Virus record (IMG/VR): IMGVR_UViG_3300035698_001480
Location: 535-64,534 of that record
DNA: 64,000 bases
Reading direction: 5' to 3' (one strand)
Origin: a virus
Taxonomy: Duplodnaviria > Caudoviricetes
Under the pieces are notes generated by a model that saw only the letters and a list, made by a program, of their open reading frames with translations, was not told where the DNA came from and did not search any database. This document shows positions 38,901 through 50,900 of the stretch, piece by piece (the first letter of the stretch is position 1; every line of letters begins with the position of its first letter). The position numbers were made by a program, and so were the translations under genes.

Positions 38901-41900
38901 ATATTAGAAGAAATATTCTTACCTGTAGTATCAGTTTTAGCACCTAACGCACCATAAGTCTTACCTCGTACTTCAACAGTAGCATGTGGAATATTTATTT
39001 GAGTAGATACATCCTCTACTAATTTAACTAACTTTTTCTTACCATCTTTTTCTTCAATCTCTTTAAATTCCCTAACTCTTATATTCTCAACTTTTAAGTA
39101 AATATTATTTCTTTGTGCCTGTATATGTAATGTAGCTGCCAATGCTGCTATACCAATAGTACCAGAACCTTCCATATTTTGCTTACTCATTGTATTATTA
39201 TGAGAAACTAATGCTGCTAAATAACCATCTGCTTTATTTTCAGATTTTTCTATATGTTCTGTAGCTTTCTCAGCTAGTTTTTCTATGTAATCCTCTGATT
39301 TTAATAACTTTGTAAGTTCATCTTTAGTAATACCACCTTCTTTAAATAAAGTATTAATATCTCTCATAGCTGTTAAATCATCCGCTTCTACAGATTCTAC
39401 TAATTGACTAAAGTTCCCTGGATGAGTAACAATATCTCCCCAGTTCTTAATTAAAGCATTATCTATTTGTTGTAATTTAAATTCTTCTTTAGATAGTATT
39501 AATGACTTATTTTCTATGTTAAGTACTTTTTTTAATATACTATCTAATTCAGAAGAAAATAATTTATAATTATTAAACTGGTCTTTAGTAATACTGGTAG
39601 ACTCTAACCTATCTATCAAGTCTAACAACTTATTAGATATAGCTTTGTATAGAAATGTTACATTAGATATATCTTTATCCTCCATTATGTCTAATATAGA
39701 GTCTACAAAATCTTCAGTCTGTTTACTATAGTCTGATAAATACCCACCTAATAAAAGAGCTTTATTTTCAGTAGTTATATTCTTATCCTTAATACTTTCA
39801 CCTAATGGTATTAAAGAATCAATAAAGTTGTTAAATTCTGTATCATTTAAAGATATAAATATTTTTCTTCTATCTAATAAATAATCTTCATAAGTCATAT
39901 CAGGACTTACATATCTATGATTTCCTGTATTATCTACAAAACTATTAGGAACATAAATATTCAATTTATCAATATCAAAATCACTACCTGCTTTTAATAC
40001 AATCTCTGAAGGAACTACAATAGCATCACCATAATCTTCAGGTAAGAAACCTACTACTTTCATTTTCTCTATAGAAGAAGGAGCCTGTGTAGGAATCCTG
40101 AAACCTACTAGAGTTAATAACTCTTTAGAATCCATAACATCCTCAACATCCACAATACCTTTCAACCAAGAAGGTAGTAATACTTCCATTTCTTTAACCG
40201 AAGCAATTCTATCAGTATCCTTATCATTACTATCTTTTTCATAAACAACACCATAGAAGTTTAAAGCAGAAGAAACAGTATAGTACTCACCTTTAATCAT
40301 TTTTACTTCTATATCTCTACCTTCAAAAAATGTAGATGGTACTTGATAAGAAGGTTTACCTCTTAATTTCCTACCAATACTTGCTTTATCAGCCATAGCA
40401 TATAAAATCTGCTCTATCTTCTCTCTATTTAATAAAGTTTCTAAAGGAGCTTGACCATTTGCTATAGACAGATTATTTATATCATCTATTATATTATCAG
40501 ATACACCTTTACTGACTGCCTCAGCTTTAAGTTTTTTAATTAACTTCTCATTATTAGCTGTATAGTAATTACCATCCTCATCTTTTTCTACAGATAATTC
40601 TTCCTTTAAAATTTCTAAACCTACTTCTAATCTTTGAACCATTAAAGAATCAAGTTTAGTTTTTCTTTTATGTAAGTCTATACCGTCTTTAAGATCTTTT
40701 AATATACCTAGAGTCTTTGAATCACGGTTTTCAGTATATAAACCTTCTATTATACTTAATATCTCTGCTGTATCAGTATTTGTATCTAAAGCTTCATTTA
40801 GATCGTCCAAATAGTCAGGGTTATTATTAGAAATATAAAAATCTTTAAATTCATTAATCCCTTTTATAAGACCTCTATTAGTAATATTATTTACAATTTG
40901 CTTAATCTGCTGAGTACCCATAGTTTGAGTCTTATGAGTAGTAAATGAAGTATTTAACTGATTAGCTATATCTTCTACTCTTACAACTTGAACAATAGGA
41001 TTACTTATACCAACAAAGTTACCTACACCATCTTTTACTTCATATAAAGGATGATCCTCTTTAGTACCTTCTTGTAATAAATGACTTGCACCTTTTACTG
41101 CGGAATATGCTGGTTTAGAAGAGATTTGTTGTTCTCTCATATAAACAGCTAACTTATGGAAGTTATCATTAAATACCTCACCTGTAGAAGGATCTCTATA
41201 TAATCCTGGTAATATAGGAAATTCAGAAGTTTTATACATAAATGGGATATTATGAACATCTAATTGTATATCCCTAGATTCATTTTCTAATACTTTTAAC
41301 ATTCCATAACCTTGAGGTTTTACTGGATTGATTCTAGTATTATTTTGCTTAATATTTATTTCTTCTCCATTATATACAGGTATATACTCACTTACCAATT
41401 GCTGTTTATTTGCTAAAGTAGAAGGGTTTTCTTTATTACCTTTAAACTTTGCTATAAAGTCAGAACCTTTTGGTAAATGCTCTTCAAACATTTCTACCCA
41501 ATTAGCAAAAGAATAATCTCCATCCAATACTTGAAATAACATCTCCTTCTGCATATTATATTGGTATCTTTCTTCATGCCCTCCTACAGAGAAATCCCAA
41601 TATCCGTGTCTAGCAAAGAATCTTTTATAATAATCATAAGTAGATAATGAGTGACCATCATCTGTCTCACCTTGTTTATTATCTAAATATGCTTTTTTAG
41701 ATTCAAATAAATGATCTTTAGTTACAAGTAATTTAACTACAGGATAACCTTCAGTATCGTATAGATGAGCTTTATCAGTAGTCTTAATAAGTCTTACAAA
41801 TTCTTTTTCATACACATCGTCTTTATGTCCAGTAATAGCATTCTCTTTAGTAGATTGATTACCTTGACCCCTTTTATATGTCTCTACTAATGATTTAAAG

Positions 41901-44900
41901 AACATTAAATCTCCTGTAAAGAATTTTCTCTGTTCTACACTAGATACAAAAGATGAAGCTAAAAATGCTTTTAATTCAACCATCACAATTTTTTTAGTTA
42001 GTGGTTTATTACTATAAGAAGAAAATCCTAAACCCTTATGTCCTCCTGTCTCAACCTCTACTAATTTTAAATCAACTAAAGAAAAATCATTTCCTTTATA
42101 TAAAGCTTCTGTATTTATATTAAAGAAATTACTTATCACCTCTCTAATAGCCTCTTTATTATTGCTCATGAACTTATCAATACTTAATTTATCAGTTAAT
42201 GAACTATTTAAAACAGCTTCTACTCTTTCTATTAAATCTGTATTGTCAGAACTTTTAATAATGTCTATAACAATACCACTATTCTTCCTTTTATTAGCAT
42301 GCTTAACAAAACTATAATCTTTATTCTTTCTTAATCTTAATTCATCTTCTAAATATCCTACAACTCTATCAATATGTTTTCCCCCACTTATATCTCCTTC
42401 TATAAAGATAGGTCTAGCTTTACCATTTGAACCTGGTTTTACCATACCTAAAAACTTCTCATTACCATTATCAGCAGGTGTTGATACATAATAATTACCT
42501 TTTAGGTGACTATTATACCATAAAGAGAATCTTTCAGGACTATCCATTCTAGGAAAAGCTACTGGCATTCCACCATTAGAATCCTCTTTTATGGAATCTA
42601 AAATAAAATAAGATAAATCTGTTTCCCATAAGTTTTCATATAGATAAGAATTTTCCATATTTATATTATCTTCTGAGATATGAGGTAAATATTCAGCTAC
42701 TTGTTTATAGAAGTCTTTTTTAGATTTAGCATATCTTTTAATAAAATTAATTCTATTAATAGTTGTTGTCATAGAATTATTTAAAGTATTCAAGTAAATA
42801 AGTTTACCATCAGAAGTTAAATAAGAATTTTCAACTACATCTAAACCATACTTTGCTTCTAAATTCAAAAACTTGTACATATATCCTTGGGAATCAGAAC
42901 TTACGGAGGTAGAGAAGAAATAATCCTTACCTTTTAGTATCTGGTCTGTTAAATGAGTAAAGTTTGATTTAAACATTGCTAAATCTTCTTCATTATTCTC
43001 TAACACTTTTAGGTTAAATGAAAATTCTATCCCGAATTCAGCTAATACATCAGTAACTCTTTCAAAGTAGTATTTATTATTAATAGCTAAATTTTGTGCA
43101 TATTCAATATCATTTATAAGATTCTCATTAGTGATATTAAACTTCTCATCTTTAACATGTTTCTTATAGAAAGGAAGTGCATTAGTAGTCCATTTCTCAG
43201 TAACTCTATTTATAATAGAATCAGAGTTAGAATCTACTGTAGTAAAGTTACCACCTTCCTCAAGAATCATAGTGAACATATTATTCCTATTCTTACCAAA
43301 AACTTGACAGAACTGGTTAATATTCATTAACTGTTGGGGAGACATCGTTTTCTGAGGATTCTTAGCATTATCTAACATCAGTCTATTAAATATATTAGGA
43401 AGCCATTGGTAATCATCAGAAGATTCCATTATATTAGTTAACACACTTTCCATCTGAGTCATGGAAACAGTTCCACTTAGTTTACCTATTAAAGTACCAA
43501 AAGCCTGGTTAAAATCTATAGTTTGATATAACCCATATTTATCGTATTTTAGTTTATTTTTACCATCCCTATAATTAGTATTAGCCAATGTTCCCAACAT
43601 AAACTTAATTACAGTAGACGTAGAGGCTTTAGCAGACATTTCTAATGTAGCATTAGAATTAAATGTATCTGTTCTACCACCGGTCTGTAATGTCTCATCT
43701 TCAGCAGTTTCATTAATTTTTTCTTGGCTTACAGCTTCAAATCCAAATGTAGCTAAGTTCTCTATAAATCTCTGAGCTACACCGTTTTTAATACCCCAAT
43801 TATTTAACGTAGTTTCTATGTTACCTGCCTTAGTTTCTAAATTATTAAAGTATAGGCTATCTTCAGAATCTAAGTCATCTATAGTAGCATTATTATACTC
43901 CATATCATCAATTATGCTGTTATACTCAGAAGCATATTTTTTAAATAATATAGCAAATCGACTCTTTATTTTAGGTAATATCTCACTTAATACTTCAGGA
44001 GTAACTTTTTCTTTCATGGCTTGTGCTAAGTCAGCACCTGATTTATCTTGGTACAATAACCCAAAAAAGAAATAGTTCATATTATTCAATACGGAATGTG
44101 TCATATCCTCATTTAATCCTTCGATGGTTCTTTCAGCATAAAAGTTTTTGTTTTTTACTTTTGCATTTTTATCATATCCTTGTTGTATTTTATTAAATAC
44201 ATCTTCAATATCGGCTATAGTAGACTCAGTACCTTCTATCTTACGTATGAAATCTTTTATAAAACTCCAAACCCTTTTAAAGAATGTGTGCTGTTTTCTA
44301 TTATATTTAGATCTAACTAATTTTCCATCATCTAATACAAAGTCTCTAAACTTCTCAGCAAGAGCTTCTTTTATAATAGTATTCTCTGACTTTCCAGTAT
44401 ATAATTTACTTTGCTTTGCTATCTCTTTAGTAAAGTAAGGATCATTTTTAGCTTCTTCTAACAACCTAGATTGTTCTTTCTTAGTTAAAAGGTGTCCCCA
44501 TACTATTTCAAATGCTTCATGATACCTAGTACCAACTTCAGCATTATTATATACATAAGCTACATTATCTTTAACATAACCGTATGCATTAGAATTTAAT
44601 ATAGGTTTTAATATTTTTAAAGGGCTACTTAATTTAGATCTCCACCATTTATCAAGTTTTTCTGTATTCTCAACACCTTCAAAAGAAGATAGTACTTTTC
44701 TAAGAGCATCATCCTCTACATCACCCTCTGTAGATTTTTCTATTTTAAATTTTGAGGGTTTCTTACCTTTGTCATTAGATTTTTCTTCAGTAGTCTTCTC
44801 AACTTTCTTCACTACCTTTTTCTTTTTAGGAGAAACTAGTTGTTCTTTAAACTGACTTAATACTTCTGCCGCTGCAAGACCTTTATGTAACCCAGACTTC

Positions 44901-47900
44901 TTAGTATAATCTTCAATAGTCTTGGCTATATCAAAATCATTTTCAATTAAATTACTAAGCGGTAAAAGGGCCTCAATTATAGCATTTATTTCCGTAAGAT
45001 CTGTTACATTTTTGTTACCAAATTTTATAAGGTTATCAATAAGTTCAGTCAGTACTGGTACTATAGCATCTAACTTTCCTGAAATACCACTAGTAAATTC
45101 AATATCTAATTCTCCTATTCCGTTAGTATCATCACTACCTTCTGGTTTCTCCTTTTTACCTTCAGGTTTTGGAACTTCTACAGGATCATTAGAGAATAAT
45201 AAATATTGATTAAATTTAGTAGGTAAGTCTATTCCCTCATTATTAAAATTAGTGGTTTGTGTTTGAGGGCTTACTAATACATTATCCCAAATAAACTGTT
45301 CATAAGATTCATGGGTATCTATAGATAATTCACCATCTTTAATTATTAGATTATCATATTCCCTATCCTTATTTAGATTATTTTTATTTACCTGTTTTAA
45401 AAATCCTTTATTAGGTAATTCTTCTAAAGCAGCAGTTACTTCTGGATTTAAAACAGTTTTCCCTTCTGCAAATGCTTCGGCATCTAATAAGTTATATATC
45501 TCACCAGCTATCTTTATTTGACCACCAGGAATAATTTTAGATGAAACAAAATGGAATAAGTAGTCATTACTCTTAGAATAATCTAAATAGTCTTCATTCC
45601 TAAGTAGTAATTCTTTTTCATAATTCAAATCTTTATACTCCTGAATTAACCCTTGTAGTTCTTCAGAATCTTCATTTCTTGCTATAAGTTTAAGAGCTTC
45701 TTTTCTTGTATCTTTTATATTTCCTAGTAATATCTTATAAGCTTCTCTTCCTGCTCTTGTTAAGTTATTAACATCTTGGAAGTATACAATTTCATTAATA
45801 AGGTCTGTAAGAAATAAAGATCCTTCGTCATTTTCTATAATTTGATGAGATTCTTTATTCAATTGAACTTTACCTTCATCATCTATAGTTAATTTAGATA
45901 CATGGGTCTCTAGTATTTTATTCAATACTTCTACATCATTACTATCTAAAGTTTTAGACTGTAATACAAAGTTGTTATCATTATTCTTATTAACAACTAA
46001 TATAGATCCTGGAGTTCCTGTGTAAGAAGAGTTACCTAATACAATAAATTGGTCTGTAATAATTCCTAAAGTATGGTCTTCTAGCTTACCTAAAGTATCC
46101 TTTACAGAATATAACTCTTTATTAGGTTCCATAACCATCTTACCAGAAACTTTATTACTTACTGACAATGATTCAGGTTTATCTGTTTTAGCGGATTCTG
46201 TTAATCTATCATATAAATCCTCATATCTCTTAATCTCATTCTCTACTACTTCTTTACTAGTACTATTAAAATGTTGTTTATTGCCATTGTGTGTTAAAAA
46301 GAACTTACCCTCTTCATTTGCTATTCCTAAGCTAGAAGGTAACCCTAGAGGTTGGTATACAAGTTGATCTTTAGTGAAGTCTGTGTCACTTGGTTTAATA
46401 GACTTTTCTTCGTATTTACCATCCTTAAACTCATAAGTAAGGTAGTTACCTTTCTTATCAGTTACTATTCCATATAAACCTTTAAAAACATCTCCTTTTA
46501 ATCCTAGAGTCTCTTCATTAACAACTGTTAAAGTATGTTTAAGTAAATCTTTATTAGCTTTAGAGTTAATCCAATTCTGGCTTCTTATAGTAGCATTGTT
46601 CTGGAAGTCTTCTACAGCTTGTTTCTTTTCTTCTTCAGTTAATCCTGGAGTTATAACCTTATTATAATCACCAAGTACTCCTGTAGAAGGTTCAAATGCA
46701 GACTTCTTTTCTTTAAGAGGAATGTTTTTCTCCATAGAAGTTCTAGTCTGGTTTAATAAACCATTAGTACCATCTTTTGAAAGTAGTAATTTCACTTGTT
46801 TACCTTCAACTTTACCAATTGCAATTGTAGAAGGGTTTAAATTAGGTATTTCCTTTTGTAACTTTTCTAATTCTTTCTTCTTATCTTCTGTAGAAACAAA
46901 TTTAGCTACACCAAATCTATCTAATTTATATACTTTACCATTATCTGCTACAAACCTACCTGTTTTATATATAGATACAGCCTCATTGAATTTACCATTA
47001 CTCATTACATAATAAGTACCTTTATCTTCAACTTTTTTAAGAAGTTCTAAGTTATAAACTGGTTTTAAAGCTTGTTCATTCTTACCCGTCTCTTTATTAT
47101 ACTTAGTAAAATTTGGTGTAGGTGTAGTAACAATTATCCATCCATTAGTAGTAGTAGCATCAGGAAACTTTTTACCATCTAATCTATTAACATTATCAAA
47201 GTCTTCTTTTGATACATTTACAGTAGTAGATTGTCCTTTTTCCCATTTGTTGGTAGTATAATATACTTCACCATTCTCATCGGTTTCTTTTCTAAAGAAT
47301 TTCTTCTTATATTCAAAATAACTATATTTCTTTAAAGGGTTATCTTCTTCAGTTATACTTTTTACATTAGCAAAATATTCTTTTCCTTCATATTCTACTA
47401 AAACTCTCTTATCATTTATCTTTTTAATAAACTTTACTTTAGTAGCTTCTTTACCGTATAAGTTACCATTAAATTTAACCTTAGCAAATATAGGATCACC
47501 TTCTGTAACACCCTTTTTCTTATCAGCTTTAGAATATTTACCTGTAATCTTCCAAATCTTAATTCTTTTATACTTTATTTCATGCTTAGGTTTCTTAATT
47601 ATTGTGATTTTAATAACCTTACCAGTTTTATCATGGTAAAATGGAATACTAAAAGTCTTTAAACTAGTTGCTAAAGCTTTAGAATAAGGTACTGTTATTC
47701 TAGCAAAGTTAGTGTAACCTTGAGATTCAGCAATTCCCCTAATCATAGATGGTATAGACTCGTACTTAAACTCTTTAGCTATAGCTGATAATATCTTCTC
47801 TCTACCTTCATTGTCTAAAGTATTCTCAGAACTAGCTGGAGTTTTAACTCCTTTACCTTTTACCAATGTACTAAAGTTATAATCACTTAATACAGAGATA

Positions 47901-50900
47901 GCAGCAATCTTTTCTTGCTCCTTCTTGAATGCTTCTTCACTAGCTATATCATCAGCAGTTTTTTCATTTAACTCTTCTGGTGCAACATCATCTTCTTTAA
48001 ATTCAGATTTTTCTAATAATTCTTCAGAAGGATTTAACTCCTCATTTATTTCTTCTTGTATATCTAATTCATCTAAATGTAAAGTACCAGACATTCCATC
48101 ATAAGTACCTTCAGTACCACCATTCACCTTAGATATACTACTTTCTAGGTTATCAAGATTTGCCAATTCTTCATCAGTAAGTTTTTGTACTTTAGTTAAA
48201 CCACCTTCAGAATCCTTAGTATATTTAGAATAAATACCATCTAATTTACTATAAAAATAACTACCATCAGTATACTCATTTCCGGTATCTAATATTACTT
48301 TATTTATATTTGCTTTATCTCTAATCTTTTGAGCTTCTGCTTCTTTCTCAATTGTTTTTTTACTTTCTTCTAAAGCATTTTCAAATTGTTTAGGAGCCTG
48401 TAAAGCTAGATTATACTCAGCTATAAAATTAACTTTAGCATCTTTAATATTCTTTAAATCTTCTAAGCTTTTATATACAGATCTATAGTTAGGGTTCAGT
48501 TTAGCTTCTTTTTGCTTTTCTGCCTCTAATTCATTATGCGCAGTTATAGCATCTTCTACAAACTCTATCTTATCTGATATAGACATATTCTCAAAGTCCG
48601 CTACATTTTCAATATCTTTCTTATAATCTTCTTGAGACTTTTTAAGATCCTCTATAGAGTTCTTTAAATCATCTATAGACTTTTGAGACTTCTCATTATT
48701 CTCTAGTTGTTTTTCTAATTTATCAGCAGTTCTTTTTAGTTTAGCAGCTTTATCAGCAACTTTCTTATTTAACTTCTCTATAGTTTGCTTAGTCTTATTA
48801 TACGCTTTTTCTTTCTGCTCTTTTTCTTTAGAAAGCTCTTTTAAAGAAGTCTTATACTTTTTAATATTTTCTTCACTTTTTTCTTCTTTCTTAGCTAATT
48901 CTGCGTCTAATTGTTTGTTAACCTTTTCAATTTCTACGGTTAAGTTATTCAAATTAGCCTTTTCAGGAAGAGTTGTTTCTATATTACTTAACTCCGATTT
49001 TAATTCTTTTAATTTAGTAACATACTCGCCCTTTAATCTTTTAAGATCTGGGTAGCTATCTAATAGTTTATCAGTATTTCTCTGATTAGAGAACTTCTCC
49101 CCTTTAACTTGCTCTAATAAAGATTCTATTTTGGTAATATCTTCTGTTAGATCTGTCAATTCTTCTAACTTCTTAGAAATATTATCTATTTTAGATACTA
49201 TGTCATCAGATTTATTTATAGATTCTTCAGCTAAATCCTTATTAGCTTTAAGTTCTGTATTTATATCAAAAATTCCATTATTAAGATCTACTAATTCATC
49301 CTTTAATTTAGTTACCTTTTCGGTTACATCCTCATTTAATGAGTATAAATCAGTATTGAGTTTTTCAGAATTATTAGTTAACCTAGATATTGTAGACTTT
49401 ATCTGGTTTTGTTTCTTAGATAACGTAGATAACTTAGATTCTAAATCTAATCTATTATCAGTAAACTTAGATAAGTTACCTATAGTAGTAGCAGATACAA
49501 TCTTGGCTTCATTCTCTAAATTATCAGTAATATCTTTCTCTCTTTCTTCTAATCTACTAGCTTGATATAGATCTCTTACTAGTACTTCTTTAGCATCATT
49601 AGATAAATCATTATCTAATCTTGAATTAAATACATTCCATAGTTCATTAACTTTTTTAAGTCTAGCTACAGTTTCATTAGTATTATTATTTAAGTGATCT
49701 GCAAGTTCCTTATCAGTAGGTAGATGACTATAAATATCTATAGTATCATCTTTAGTTAATTTTGCATTCTCCTTTAATTTATCTTGTGTATCAGTACTTA
49801 TCTCTTGCAATTGATCTGTAATATTTGCAAGTGCTTCACCATTCTCTTCTTCTATTTTTGCTTTTACTTCATCATTCAGATTTTTGTTATTTATAATATA
49901 TTGTTGAATAACCATAGGTTGAGCCTTAATTAACAGATCTTTAGCTTTAGTATCTTCTTCTTCTATTTGCTTTGTCTTATCACCTGGAGTTATTTTAGAA
50001 CTATCTCTAATATATGTAGCATCTTCTTCTGTAACTCCACCTAAAGCACTTAAATCTTCTAAAGATTCATTAAATTCACCAGAAGTAATTGTACTAAAAG
50101 CATAGTTTAATAATCCATCATCTTCTAAAGTTTTAAAAGTAAATGTATCGTTATCCTCTAAAGCTTGTTTTTGTGCAGATGTAATATCTTTAGCTCTATC
50201 AATATATCCTAAAGCATCTTTATTATCATCTACAACTTTATTTTTATAATCAACTAAGTCTTGAGTTCTTTGTAGTTTATCTCGGGTTTCTTTTAAATCC
50301 CCAGCAATACCACCAGCCATCTCTAACTTTCTAGTTTTAGAACCTTCTTCTAGCATATTACCATCAATATCAAAACTAGGAGCATTTCTTCTAGTCTTAA
50401 TTGTAGGTAAGCCTATAGCAGCAGTTACAAATCCTGATAATCCTTCATTCCATCCTTGAGTAGACACCATAGCATCAATACCTTCATTTATAGAAAACCG
50501 GGTAGAGTTCTTATCGTATTTATACTTAGATGAATTAAAGTTAATAGCACCTTCACTAGCACCTTTTTGACTCATTTCTTCAGCAAGTTCTGAGGTAGGT
50601 TTTAATATAGCTTTAGCATAATTAAGCTTATTGAAATGTTTAGGTAATTCTTTAGTAAAAATACCATCACTACCCTTTTTTATTAGTTTATTAAAACTAT
50701 TCTTATCAGCTACATATCCAGGTTTTAAAGATCTACCTAATTGATAAGCATTTCCTGCTGTAAGTATAGCAGTATTAATAGCATAGGTAGTCATTCTAAC
50801 TGCCTCTGCTTGCTTATTTAATATTGCTAATTCTTTCTCGTATTCTTCTTTAACTACTGCATCATAAATTGCTTGTGGATCACCATACCCTGCTTTAGCA

